Source: Octopus vulgaris (taxonomy: Eukaryota). Taken from it: DNA of 64,000 nucleotides. Of the stretch, positions 1-12,866 are shown in pieces; positions within the stretch are counted from its first letter, which is position 1, and each line of letters opens with the position of its first letter. Where the stretch lies: NCBI GenBank assembly GCA_951406725.2, contig OX597814.1:58714001-58778000 (forward strand). Reading direction: 5' to 3'. The position numbers and the translations under genes are program-made. The notes under the pieces are model-generated. The model made no database searches, was not told the origin of the DNA, and was given only the letters and a program-made list of their open reading frames with translations.

Positions 1-110
1 CTCGACATCCGAAACTCAGAGTCGTATTTTGGCTACCGAATAATTGTCACATATTACATTTACAGATAAATTACATATTACATTTACAGATAAATAAATA
101 TATATATATT

Positions 111-586
111 ATTTAGAGATAGAAGTCCCCATGCAATTCATCCAACCCTAATATACATCACACCATATAATATTTCAGTTCCAAATTTCTCTTCTACACG
201 TGTTTTATGAGGTGCGTTTAACGTCCACTAGACACTCAATCTTTTTCAGAAACATGCAACCCCAGTCATCAGGACTCTTCATAACTTTTTTATAATTCAA
301 TAACTATTCCTATATTTTAATATTTTAAGAGTTACGAATGTAACTAACAAACAAACATGCGAGTGGGTAAATAAATTCGCTGAATCTTGTCGTGCAAGCC
401 ATAAATTTAATTGATTAAAAATTAAAAAATTACAAAATAAATTCTAACGTGACTTATGCATAAACATGAAACACGTGTAGAAGAGAAATTTTGAACTGAA
501 ATTGTAAGTATTAAAATAAAATTCTATGATATGGTGTGATGTATATTAGGATTTGATGAATTGCATGGGGATTTCTATCTCTAAAT
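111..586. mobile_element. Inverted-repeat element (arms ~111-209 / ~466-586) with degenerate hammerhead on minus strand (~190-276); probable PLE pLTR derivative
   Basis: The arms are reverse complements (atttagagatagaagtccccatgcaattcatc... / ...gatgaattgcatggggatttctatctctaaat). The minus strand has CTGATGA-TGGGGTTGC...GCACCTCA-TAAAACACGTGTA, and the other arm has GAAACACGTGTA. Confidence 0.6.
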
Positions 587-698
587 GAAATATATTTCCT
601 TATCGAGAATAATTCAATTTATTTGAATCACTGTGACGCCGGAATTTTTATTCCCTAATAAATAAAATCATCTCTCTCTCGCTCTTTCTCTCTCTCTC

Positions 699-734
<36 letters not shown>

Positions 735-737
<3 letters not shown>

Positions 738-756
738 TCATATTGAAGAATGTATT

Positions 757-820
<64 letters not shown>

Positions 821-1317
821 ATAATTATAATGATAGAGAACACGGAGATAGGTACATCCTCAAAATTTACTTCCTTTTATTTTACAGGTTGTCATACATC
901 ATATTTTTATGGTTACGACGACTTAGACGTGTTTCTGCTACACAGTATGCGCAGTTGCATACGCAACCGGGCATTATTTTCTGTGCAGCTACGATCAGGG
1001 TTTTTCCCCAAGCTTTACACGAAGCGAACAGAATTCAGTTATTTGCTGAATTAGTGGTTAGCATCCTGCAAGAAGCGAAGGAAGGTTAGTTTGAATCTGA
1101 AATCTGATATGATTGTAAAACTCTTTGGTTGACCTCAGCTTCACACCAGTTGCTGGCTGAATGACTGGATTCTGTCTAATTAGGTCAAAGTCTATTTTAT
1201 GGTATTACCAGACTTGTTTCGTGTATTGTAGTAGATGGGTTCTTAATAAGCTTCTATATATATATATGTATTATGTATATGTAGATATACATATATGTAA
1301 ATATATGTAAATATATG

Positions 1318-1409
<92 letters not shown>

Positions 1410-2364
1410 TTTCGTATCTCTATGTGTTCGACGTCTTTTTGGTGTCCTGTACACATATATGCGTGTATATGTACATGTAGAGGTAGGTACGTACATATAT
1501 GTTTATATATATGCATATATTTTATTAACATATTATACGACTAAACGCACGCACCCTATTAAGTAAGATTGTTCTGTTTATCAAGTTCGCCTTGATATTA
1601 ACTCTCACGCGACTCTGCATCTTTCTTTCTTTCTCTCCCATTCCCTTTTTCGTCTTTTTTCCCTCACTTAACTTGTCTCTTCTCTCTCTCTCCCCCTCAC
1701 TGTTCTTCATGGTCTCCTCGCACCATTCCCCTTCTTCTCTCTCTTCCTCTTGCTCCTCCTCCCCCATTCCCGTCGTCCATCTGCGACCATACTTCCGTCA
1801 TAACTGCTATCCTGTCCTTTCTCGCCCGCCTTCTAAGGCCTCTGGTCGACATCTTCCTCTCTCGTCGTCCACTATAATCCAGCGTTTGCAATACTTTTTT
1901 CGTCTGGCGTTAACAGCCCTTCTTATTTTGTTCTCCTTGTCCTGTCTCTCACTGTTATATATTTATTTTTCCACTGTTTATATATATATTTTTTACTGTT
2001 TATATGTTTGTACTGTCGTTACCGTCTTGCTTTTTTTCACCCCTCTGCGAAAAGATCTCAGAATTTTAATTGATTTGCTTTTCGCAGGAAGGAATTTTTC
2101 ATTCGAAGTATACGTCTCGCTTTTATCCTTCGAAACGTTTAGTAGATGAAACTTTAGCGACTGAAGAAGGGGATTTTTCGTTGTGCTTATTGTCCTGTAT
2201 CTCTCTCTCTTTTTTTGCCTGTCTTGTTCCTTGGTTTGTGTCTATGTTTTTCGTCTCTCTATGTGTTCGACGTCTTTTGGTGTCCTGTACACATATATGC
2301 GTGTATATGTACATGTAGAGGTAGGTACGTACATATATGTTTATATATATGCATATATTTTATT

Positions 2365-2398
<34 letters not shown>

Positions 2399-2928
2399 TA
2401 TTGAAGAATGTATATATATATATATATATATGTATGCAATAATTATAATGATAGAGAACACGGAGATAGGTACATCCTCAAAATTTACTTCCTTTTATTT
2501 TACAGGTTGTCATACATCATATTTTTATGGTTACGACGACTTAGACGTGTTTCTGCTACACAGTATGCGCAGTTGCATACGCAACCGGGCATTATTTTCT
2601 GTGCAGCTACGATCGGGGTTTTTCACCAAGCTTTACACGAAGCGAACGGAATTCAGTTATTTGCTGAATTAGTGGTTAGCATCCTGGAAGAAGCGAAGGA
2701 AGGTTAGTTTGAATCTGAAATCTGATATGATTGTAAAACTCTTTGGTTGACCTCAGCTTCACACCAGTTGCTGGCTGAAGGACTGGATTCTGTCTAATTA
2801 GGTCAAAGTCTATTTTATGGTATTACCAGACTTGTTTCGTGTATTGTAGTAGATGGGTTCTTAATAAGCTTCTATATATGTATATGTATATGTATATGTA
2901 GATATACATATATGTAAATATATGTAAA

Positions 2929-2940
<12 letters not shown>
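735..2940. repeat. Nested direct repeats A(735-1320) B(1405-1530) C B(2245-2370) A(2395-2940), separated by (TA)n
   Basis: Near-identical copies differing by only a few substitutions, read directly. Confidence 0.9.
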
Positions 2941-3007
<67 letters not shown>

Positions 3008-3080
3008 GAAATATTAAAATTACTAAAGTCTCTCTAAAAGAGAACAACGGCAGCGTTCCCGGAAAATAATAGTTATCGCC

Positions 3081-3271
3081 ATACTAATATGGCATTCTTA
3101 TAAAAATAAGAATATAGCTGTCCGCTTATTAGCTCCATATATATCGCCTTAAGTTAGCTATATGATACACAAATGGATACAGTTTGTGTATCAAATAGCT
3201 AACAAAATGGCCTCATGGAGCTAATAAGCGGACAGCTTTATTCTTATTTTATATGAATGCCATATTAGTAT
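3081..3271. repeat. TA-flanked imperfect palindrome (arms ~3081-3173 / ~3183-3271)
   Basis: atactaatatggcattc...gctgtccgcttattagctcca / tggagctaataagcggacagc...gaatgccatattagtat. Confidence 0.85.
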
Positions 3272-4619
3272 ATATATATATATTATATATATATATATAT
3301 AAGTATATATATATATATATATATTGTGAAAATGGAGAGATTCCATCTATCAACACGCATAACCACACGCTTAAATGCACGTCGTTTCTGCCAGTTGTTT
3401 CATTTACACAGCTTCGAGCAACTAGAGATTATAGTAGATGAAATCTGCTCTAGATACCGTGTAGTGAAGCGAATCACAAAAAAAAGACCTAAGTAAACGC
3501 ATATAGAATGTTATAACAGCTAAATTATGTCTTGGGTCTCTATGTATTTTGATGATTTCCTATATATTTTGTACATATATAATAGTTTCGACATTTAATA
3601 CACTCTGCAAATATTGAGCATTCAATGTTCTGTGACTTAAGAACATTTATCCATATGTTAAGCTGTATACACACACACACATAGGCATATTATATGTACA
3701 TGTGTTTGAAATTTACTATGAATGATAAAATCATATAACATTTCTGTAGTGTTCGTATCTTTTAACTATAGAGTTATATTTTCATTGTTATTATTTTCGT
3801 TCGAGTGGATCGAGTGGGATAGAAATCATATAAATACATGTCATGAATTTATATTATTAGCTATCAGATTAGAATTTCTTTCCGTTGTTTTCAGTATCGA
3901 AACATCTTATATGAAGCTGCATATGTAAATAAGCATAACATATCTATGATGAAGTTTAGCTTGAGAATTGATCATACTAAAAGTGTAAATCTATTAAAGC
4001 GAATTAGAATGACACAAATGAATCACTACCAGCGTACCAGAGTGACTTTCCTTTACACTCATTTCATAGTATTGATATGTCATTAGAAAAAGAAGTTAAA
4101 AGCATTCAGCGAACACATTAGAAGTCTGGATAATTTATGTGATGTCATTTTCATATTGAAGGATGTATTAAATACTTGTGAAATATTTTCTTTTACATTT
4201 CATTTTGATGTATTCGTATAATTTATTTTTTCAAATTTTCTCTATTTAAAATGTTTATTATTTTTACTTATGGCAATTACACGTAAGTCGTGTTTCATAG
4301 CATGTGAGTATTCCTTCCAGCAGTACTGAGACATTCACGAACAGTAATTTAGAAAGTAACGTTTAAAGTGAATTTGCCATCTACGCTGCCTGCAGGTTTG
4401 TAACTTTCTTCCATTCCTTGTCACCCAACCAATTTTATAATGTTTTCGACTAAACGCTGCATTATTCAATTTTATTGATAAGAAGTCATGTTCTCTTACA
4501 TTTATATTTATTAAAATTTTTGCTTTATATCCTGCTTGGTACAACGTTATTGTTATTGACATTCTTCGTTCTATAATGCCTTTTTGTTTTTGTCTATATT
4601 TGATTAAATTTTCCTTAAA

Positions 4620-4965
4620 AGCAATGATTCATTATACACTTTCCTTGCAACTGAAGTTTCAAGTTTATATTAAAGTGTTCTTCAGGCAATGTTTTGGAAG
4701 AAATAGTTTTCATATATTTACTGGAACGCTCCTGACTTAATAATACATGTTAATGAAGCGATCGGAAATTTTTATATTTGCAAAACCATGTGGTTTTATA
4801 ATATGTTAAATTAAAAACAAGATGAAATGTTCGGATGCCAATAAAGATTTACTGTTCAATTAGGAATAAAGCTATCATTTGCGTATACAATTCTCCTGTT
4901 TAATTTTAAGTCGTCCTGATAAACGGACAGTAGTTAGTAAGCTGACTGTTAAAGCTGAAATTTTC
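4620..4965 (+). mobile_element. Highly decayed PLE GIY-YIG 3' end followed by hammerhead remnant
   Basis: The SEIFIFAKP...NMLN segment resembles the GIY-YIG C-terminus at 8085-8400. CTGATAA...GAAAT occurs at ~4916-4951. Confidence 0.35.
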
Positions 4966-5141
4966 GTAAAATCAAAAATACTATACTTAAAAATGCGGTA
5001 ACTAGATGAAGGTCACCATATCACTATCAAAAGTGTTCAAAAACTCTTTAAAAGTTTGTGGATAATTGGTATCTGTTTGACAAAACAAATATATTGTCAA
5101 ACTTAATATTAATATGCTCCGCTTTTAGAATATGGATTAAG

Positions 5142-5301
5142 TTAGAAAATTACTATTTTTAAATCCCACAATGTAAGATATTCAGCAACAGTACTTTGTA
5201 GTTTGTCTACAGATCATGGCAGTTCTGGCAAACAATCTTTACTACAAAGTACTGTTGCTGAATATCTCACGTTGTGAAATTTAAAAGTAGCAATTTTCTA
5301 A
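5142..5301. repeat. Inverted repeat (arms ~5142-5202 / ~5241-5301)
   Basis: gatattcagcaacagtactttgtagt / actacaaagtactgttgctgaatatc, plus flanking complementarity. Confidence 0.85.
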
Positions 5302-5391
5302 TTTTATAAATCAGTCACTAGTTGTCACTTTAAAAAAACTATATATTTCGAACGGGAATTTGGCAGCGTCATCTCTACCCGAGCAATTATC

Positions 5392-5434
5392 CTGTGCTGA
5401 TGAAGAGAAATAACCCAGGAATCGCGATACACAG
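5392..5434 (+). ncRNA. Degenerate minimal type I hammerhead ribozyme motif
   Basis: Stem I CTGTG/CACAG and intact CTGATGA, but GAAT CGCG ATA instead of GAAAC..GTH and a weak stem II. Confidence 0.45.
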
Positions 5435-6914
5435 ATATTGTTTTGAGTTGAGGGGGAATGCTAGATTCCCTTGTTCGAAAATATAAGGACACAGATCATG
5501 TCGTATAGCCAGTTAGAGACGATGTATCCTGGGACTAAATTATAGCAATATTAATCCTAAACCAATGGCAAGCAATGTTTACTCATGGATTAAGTTGTAT
5601 GAAATTGGATTACTTCTTTTTGAACGAGAAAGAAACGATGAAATTTTCCCCTTCACATACGTACATTAATTAACATATACCTATGCACACAGCGCATGTA
5701 TAGAAAATACATGCACATAAAGAAAAATCGCACACACACAAACACACTCACCCCCCCACACATACACACATATTACATATTATATACTATATATATTATA
5801 TATATATATATATAACTTTCTTTTACACAAATGCATATGTAAATATATGTATATGTGTACGTATATGTCCATTAGTGTATTTGTATAAAAGGAGAATAGA
5901 GACCGTGCATGTTATCTACGTTTGATTACAGGCAGATAAAATCCGTGTACGGGTGTATTTAGAGGAACCATAAAATCTTTACATTCCACCAACCATAAAA
6001 ATTCGAAATTACTCACGAATTAACGTTTTGAAACTTCAAATTTAAGTTCAAGTAATATTCGTTCTAACTAATAAAGAGAGTAATTTAAAGTGCATAACCC
6101 GTAATTAGTGATCCAACTTTCATGTACTTACAAAGGTACATTAGTAACATAACACTCTATAATGGATTCAACATTCCTTGTGTACATTAATATAAATTAA
6201 TGGTCAATTATGTTTGAAAATTCGATGTTAGTGATTGACATAAGTGTGTAGTTATGCATGCATTTATATATGCAAGTATGTATGTATATATGTATGTAAG
6301 CCTGTATGTATGTGTATGTAGATATGTATGCATGTAAGTACGCTTGTATGTGTGTAAGTATATCGAAATAACCAGGTATTCAAAATGTGTATTTAGAGAG
6401 TGTACTACTCTATACGTAGTGTACATAGCACTATATTGCTACATATGAATTTAGAGATATATGTAATCCAAGTAGTATATACGTACGCACGTATAGGTTT
6501 GTGTATAGATGCATATGTATATGTATAAATTTACTAAGAGTTAGTGTCAGCCCCATGCATCTTAGATTGAGCTATATATATATATCATTTATCGAGCTAT
6601 ATATATATCATAAACATTAAAGACTGGAGTTTGCTATATTATTTTTATTTCCTATTTTATTCTACTTTCAATAATTAGATACTGTCTATACTTGAGTCTT
6701 GTTTATAAACTTGTCGCATGGTTACTCATAATGGAATTTCAACTTTCAAATCGCCTCTGCCCGCAGAAATTTTGTCGAAGGTAACATCCTGGATTATACA
6801 ATACCAACTGATCTGCTATATGCATGAATGCATTGTAGATTCTCCCGTCGAAGACGACGAAAAAACGTTCACTTTTTGCCGAACGACGTGCATAAATGAT
6901 TTGTTTATAGTGAT

Positions 6915-7130
6915 CAAATTTCCGTTCTGTACATTAGCTCACCCTCTCCATCAAATCGACATTGTCTGAATAGGTACACTGTGTGCCACGTGCCAGATGT
7001 CGAAGTGATCACAGAGCAACTGGAGATGAAGCGTTTTGCTCAAGAACCCAACACACCACCTCGCCTAGGAATTGAAACCACGATCTCGAGATCGTGAATC
7101 CAACATCCTGACCACTGGGCCATGCGCCCA
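6915..7130 (-). mobile_element. tRNA-derived SINE
   Basis: Minus-strand head ggcgcatggcccagtggtcagg (A box) ... ggtttcaattcc (B box) followed by ttcttgagcaaaacgcttcatctc. Confidence 0.75.
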
Positions 7131-7142
7131 GTAGTCAGCATG

Positions 7143-7175
<33 letters not shown>

Positions 7176-7499
7176 TGGCACACATATATAGAGTTGGGTA
7201 CATATAGTTGAAATGAACACCGAAATCCATTAGTGGTATTTTTAACTTTCTAAGAACACCATTTATTATACTCATTTCAATAATTTTTCACGTACCAAAT
7301 TCATACCATTAAAAATATCGAATTATGTTTTATTAGAATTACTGCATTTATTTATCAAGTTACTACACTGTGGAAATACTTACTGAAGTAATAATTAAAT
7401 AATCGATTAAATAAGGATAAGATAAATGCGATTAGGACACTGGCCAATGTGGGACCTCGAAAATATATATCCCAAAACAGGTAAATTAAAGGAAATTAA

Positions 7500-7612
7500 C
7501 ACATAATGAATGAAATAGAATAACTACTATAGCTTGTTTTGGTGATTTGTCTATTATATTCTGCAGTTTTTCATAGAATTGATCAACCTTTTCCTCGTTC
7601 CTCGACAGAAGC
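7500..7612 (-). mobile_element. RTE-clade LINE endonuclease fragment
   Basis: EEKVDQFYEKLQNIIDKSPKQAIVVI matches the RTE/BovB AP-endonuclease segment preceding the GDxN motif. Confidence 0.65.
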
Positions 7613-7895
7613 TGATGTATAAACTTGTATAATGGATATTGGATGGAGCTTTGCATATAGTCTGATGCTAATGATCCTATTACCAAATGGGTTGCATCCC
7701 GTAAAATACTTGTTCATGTACTTGTGCACTATGATTGCAAATCCCTTTTGCCCTCGTGCTTTTTGTCCTACATAGTAGATATCATGTATATCCGCAAGAA
7801 GCAGGAATGTTCACTGTCTGACCATCACCAGACTCATTATGCAACTTTTCATTCAGTAAGAGTACTGCTCCTGAGCAAATAATGAAAACACGGCA

Positions 7896-7984
7896 ATGTT
7901 CAAAATTGGAAAAGTTCGTCGTGGCTATATTATTTCCCCATGCTCGTTCAAGATCTACACAGAATTGATAACACAAGAATCAAT
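7896..7984 (+). mobile_element. RTE-clade LINE reverse transcriptase fragment
   Basis: FKIGK-VRRGYIISPCSFKIYTELITQE resembles the RTE RT motif F.IGKGVRQGCILSP.LFN.Y.E.IMR. Confidence 0.7.
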
Positions 7985-8084
7985 NNNNNNNNNNNNNNNN
8001 NNNNNNNNNNNNNNNNNNNNNNNNNNNNNNNNNNNNNNNNNNNNNNNNNNNNNNNNNNNNNNNNNNNNNNNNNNNNNNNNNNNN
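7985..8084. other. Assembly gap (100 N)
   Basis: Run of N; the round size suggests a placeholder. Confidence 0.99.
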
Positions 8085-8509
8085 CTTTCGACGATTGTAT
8101 TTATTAAAGGGACTTTGGCGAACAAAATATGAAAAATTTCGGAATTACAGATGCCACAAAATTTTCTGCCTTTATCAAACGGGAAGGACACCGACAAAAT
8201 GAACCGTTCGGGCTTGAACGTAGTGTTATTGTTCTTCAGACGCCAGACTAATTTGCTTAGACCCGTGCTGTGTTGCTTTCTCGTATCTCTGAAAGTGGAA
8301 TAATGGTTGGAGATCCTTTGGGCTAATTTACAAGAGGTTGCGCCAATGTAGAAGTAGACATCGGTTCCAGAAGAGATTTTGCATTGGTAAGTGGTGTTTC
8401 TAATTTTGGAATTTATGGATAAGAACTTTAATCTTTTGGGGTTGGTTTCCGATACTAAGACATAGTTTTTATTGTGTGGAGTATTTATTCCTATCTTTAC
8501 ATTCTGTGT
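8085..8509 (-). mobile_element. Penelope-like element GIY-YIG endonuclease domain, open frame running into the gap
   Basis: NTTYQCKISSGTDVYFYIGATSCKLAQRISNHYSTFRDTRKQHSTGLSKLVWRLK...FCGICNSEIFHILFAKVPLIN, with YIG, R..NH, C..C..E and LIN motifs and no internal stop. Confidence 0.85.
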
Positions 8510-9605
8510 TTAAATAATATCAAGTTCATCTTCGCCTTTCCTTCTTCTTATGTGAATTATTATAGATAATAGACAAACATCAGTTCTAAAGTTCGTTAAC
8601 TGAAAAATCATAACACATTTCATTAGAAAAAAACATGTTTAACATTTCATTAGAAAAAAACCTTGTTTTATTGGCGTCAGAACCATCGGCTTACATTGAG
8701 TGACATCTTAAAACATTCAATACTGGTAACAGAACATGCGCTTATACGCTCGCTCAAATCTTTGTGCTTGTGTATGTGCGCAACTTGCCTTTTGCATATG
8801 CACACATACACCCCGTGCTTGTCTTTCTTGCAATGAATAAAACAGCTAACCATAATGGAAAAGATAAAGAAACATTTAGTGAATGTCAATGAGTCTGAGT
8901 GATATATTTTGACAACACTTTCGGTGGATAATACCACCTCCTACTAGAATATAAATTTACGTTTACTCATTCTCCAGGGCACTGATGATCAGCTTATCAA
9001 TGCGGAATATAATATCAAAATATAGTGGTGTAAAGACAATTTAGCACGTACTATGTGAATGTATTTTGTAAATAGTTCAATGAGACCAACATGAAACCGT
9101 TTCACATTGCTTGTAATTTAACTACTAGATATAGCGTACAGTTTTTCAGGAAACATCATGTTCTTATCAGAAGAAAGCAAAGTATTAGGAGAGGGATATG
9201 AAAATTATGTATTTGTATAGTCGGTTACTTTATTCGGCCACATAGTCACCAATGCTACAGCCGTGCCCGTGTACCTCCTTTTGTGTGGTATGTATCTTGT
9301 TCTAACATAAATAGAGAAGAAATAGATGGCAACCACACTCATGTGTTTCCTATATATAATATAACAAATATAACATAATGCGATATATATATATTCTTAC
9401 TTCTACATAATTGCATTATTCGGCAAATCCCTCTTCGCCCATATTTTACTGAAAATATCTATATAAAACTCTTCCTAGTAAATGTCAACAACATCGTTAC
9501 CGAATGTCTGGGCAAGTCCGAAAATATCTCTTAGTCACGGCATTTTATTACTGACGCTCACGCACACGCATACACACAAACACACACACGCACAGATATA
9601 TGTAC

Positions 9606-9642
<37 letters not shown>

Positions 9643-10487
9643 TCAAATACACTTAGAGGCATATATATGTATATGTAGTAGTATATATGCATGGTTGTGA
9701 ATCTGTATGTGTGTGTATGAGCGCGTGCTTACATGCGTGTGTACGTATGAGTGAACGAGAGATTTTTTTCTGGGCAATTTTATATAGATTCACTCATACT
9801 CATGAATATATATTCATTTATCAATGAATATATATTCATAACTGCGAGTGGCTGAATGAAACATATGAAGAAATGAAATACGAAATAAAAGGAAAAGAAA
9901 GAAATGCATGCTAGAGTGAAGCGTCGTCTCAGAAAGACGTAGGTAAGAAGGGACGGTAATATGAGAAGAAAAGAGTATTAGATTCAAAGAAAATAATAAA
10001 TCTTCTTTACAAACGAACAGCCATTATTTTCCATATTTTTTCACCATATTTTATTGACTCAAAGCTTGATTGAAAGACTGTTTCTTCGGTGTCTATCCCC
10101 TACATATTCACACATCGTTGAAACTGGACTGTTTGTTAAATGCTAATGAAGCGATATTGCACGATGTTACAGCTCTACTGGGAAATCTATAGCTGTAAAG
10201 CAAATCAGATGAATAGAACACATAAAATATATATTCGTGTAGGTTAATGTGTTAGGTGATTCTGAGTGTGTATTTCTATTATACCTGATATGACTGAAAC
10301 ATGCTCAGATTTGTAAATGAATTGAGTATAGTATGTTTGTTTAAGTGTATTCCAGGAGTAATTGTACGCATTCTATAGAAGTTAGTGCCTGTGTTTCTAT
10401 ATTCTGTGTTTACGTCTCTATACCTCAATTTCTCCCATATATATATATATGTGTGTGTATGTGTGTGTGTTTGTGTGCGTATATACA

Positions 10488-10925
10488 CTATAGTTAAAGC
10501 TGCAAAATTATCACAAAACTCTTAGTCAGAGTTTCATGTTCCCGTTCATCGAACAGTTTTGATGAAAAAAAGAATCAAAATTGCGATGGAACATACACTA
10601 TTGTGATGTCATTGAAAATAAACGAATAAGCATTTAAATTTGATTGGCGGTCTGATTTCCAAAATACAACTGTATGATATGTTCGTTATCATCTGGATTG
10701 GCTAGGAGCGAAGAAAGAAAATTCATCCCTCTTTACGGCGCAAACGGGAGTCCGGATGGCCCCTGTGAAAGGACAATCCGAAAACGGACAAGTGTTGCAA
10801 AGAGTTACCGGTAGAACGGAAATAGCGCGAGACCGGGGTATCACTGTCGAGACGGATGTTTCGGAGGTCTTTCGCGAACCAGTCAGCCAAGCGGCGTCCC
10901 ATTTGCCCGATGTATATAGAAGGGC
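10488..10925 (-). mobile_element. PLE fragment: GIY-YIG C-terminal half plus 3' terminal region
   Basis: IYIGQMGRRLADWFAKDLRNIRLDSDTPVSRYFRSTGNS has the YIGQT.R.L..RF.EH / PV..HF pattern. The 3' end 10488-10558 recurs inverted at 11600-11668. Confidence 0.75.
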
Positions 10926-11080
10926 ATATACGATGAGCTTCTTTCAGTTTCCGTCTGCGAAGGCTTTGATCGCCCGAGGCTGTAGTAGAAGACACTTATT
11001 CAAGGTGCCACGCATTGGGACTGAACCCGGAAGCATGTGGCTGGTAAGCAGGCTACTTACCACTCAGCCGCCCAGGGCCC
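10925..11080 (-). mobile_element. Truncated tRNA-derived SINE (same family as 12157)
   Basis: ggctgagtggtaagtagcctgcttacc...ccgggttcagtccca...gacggaaactgaaagaagc. Confidence 0.85.
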
Positions 11081-11147
<67 letters not shown>

Positions 11148-11807
11148 TACATACATATACAAACGTGTATAAATACATATACTGTAAGCAAACGCGTATA
11201 CATACGTTAGCCATGCGTTAAAACATAAATACGCAAGTATAAAAAAGGGATGATAAAAGGAAAAACAAAAAACAAAGGGGAAAGAAGTTTGAATGAAAAT
11301 AGTGAAGTGTGGATGAAAAAGAAAGAACTGAGGGAAGTGGCGAGTAATTAGTAACCGTCTAGACTTCTTCTGCCGCTCTCAGCAACGATTTATTTTCGAT
11401 CTTATATTATTTATATTTTTATATACCTTACTAGTAATTTTCAACCACTTCTCCGCCAAATCGTCAGCTGGTAACGAATATTGCAACGGTATGTTTTGAA
11501 AATCAAACATTCAGTCAAATTTAAATGTTATTCGTGTATTTTTAATCAATTCACATTATATTACATGTACCATTATACTTTTAATTCAGTTTTCATCGCA
11601 ACTGTCCGACGGACTGGAACTTGAAACTCAGAGTACCAGTTTTGTGATAATTTTGCAGCTTTCACTAAATACTATTCCTTCAACCTTATTTTGCATCTAT
11701 GTGCACACCTGCCTATATATATATATATATATATATAATCAAGGATAAAATATGTGTAAGATTCTATAAAATGGCTAGCATGTAATCAATCGTTTAGGTA
11801 AAAGTTA

Positions 11808-12094
11808 GTACAAAGTATATAATTTTATAAATATAATTGTAATAAGGGCAACTATTGAGTAGTACCACATGCTAGAATTAGACGTCAACTGGCTCTAAAA
11901 CTACCTTGTTTATTACATAGCCACAGTCTGAAAGCAAGGGCGATGAACGTTCATTTCCCACTCTTTCAGCCCTTATCTCTGTAAGAAATAAGGTAGTTTT
12001 AGATCCATTTAACGTCTACCTCTAACATGTGGCACTACTCAGTATAGTATTTGCACTTATTATAATTATATTTACAACATTATATACTTTGTAT
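11808..12094. repeat. TA-flanked imperfect inverted repeat (arms ~11808-11920 / ~11979-12094)
   Basis: tgagtagtaccacatgctaga...ctaaaactacctt / aaggtagttttag...tctaacatgtggcactactca. Confidence 0.8.
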
Positions 12095-12121
12095 GTATAT
12101 ATATATACACACATACACAAG

Positions 12122-12156
<35 letters not shown>

Positions 12157-12158
<2 letters not shown>

Positions 12159-12578
12159 CGCAGGAGTGGCTGTGTGGTAAGTAGCTTGCTAACCAACCAC
12201 ATGGTTCCGGGTTCAGTCCCACTGCGTGGCACCTTGGGCAGGTGTCTTCTGCTATAGCCCCGGGCCGACCAATGCCTTGTGAGTGGATTTGGTAGACGGA
12301 AACTGAAAGAAGCCCGTCGTATATATGTATATGTATGTGTGTGTGTGCGTATATATTTGTGTGTCTGTGTTTGCCTCCCTAGTGTTGCTTGACAACCGAT
12401 CCTGGTGTGTTTACGTCCCCGTTACTTAGCGGTTCGGCAAAAGAGAACCGATAGAATAAGTACTGGGCTTACAAAAGAATAAGTCCCGGGGCCGAGTTGC
12501 TCGATTAAAGGCGATGCTCCAGCATGGCCGCAGTCAAATGACTGAAACAAGTAAAAGAGTAAAAGAGTAAAAGAGTAA
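12157..12578 (+). mobile_element. Full-length tRNA-derived SINE with internal (TG)n and (GTAAAAGA)n tail
   Basis: A box tggctgtgtggtaag, B box ggttcagtccc, and a 3' stem-loop cagtc-aaat-gactg followed by a short tandem tail. Confidence 0.92.
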
Positions 12579-12586
12579 TATATACA

Positions 12587-12619
<33 letters not shown>

Positions 12620-12700
12620 CATATATATATATTGATAAAAATGCTAAGCCAACACAAGAAAGAAAGTGATCTCGATATTATGTAAATAGAGGAATGTATC

Positions 12701-12817
12701 TGTAAATGTAATAAGTGACAATTATTCGGTAGCCATGATAAAACTCCGAGTTTCCACCCCGGCATCCGAAAGTCGGTGTTTTATCATGGCTACCGAATAA
12801 TTGTCACATATTACATT

Positions 12818-12820
<3 letters not shown>
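12701..12820. repeat. TA-flanked hairpin element (arms ~12701-12744 / ~12778-12820); related copy at 1-64
   Basis: tgtaaatgtaataagtgacaattattcggtagccatgataaaac / gttttatcatggctaccgaataattgtcacatattacatttac. Confidence 0.85.

Positions 12821-12864
<44 letters not shown>

Positions 12865-12866
<2 letters not shown>

Noticed and set aside
12157-12230. tRNA genes at A/B-box-containing sites
   Set aside because: No complete cloverleaf is evident, and each continues into a repeated SINE body.
12296-12313. SINE segment acggaaactgaaagaagc resembling the PLE RKLKEA codons at 15987-16004
   Set aside because: The match is only 18 nt, A-rich and does not extend. It also makes the start of ORF 10723-10995 misleadingly PLE-like.
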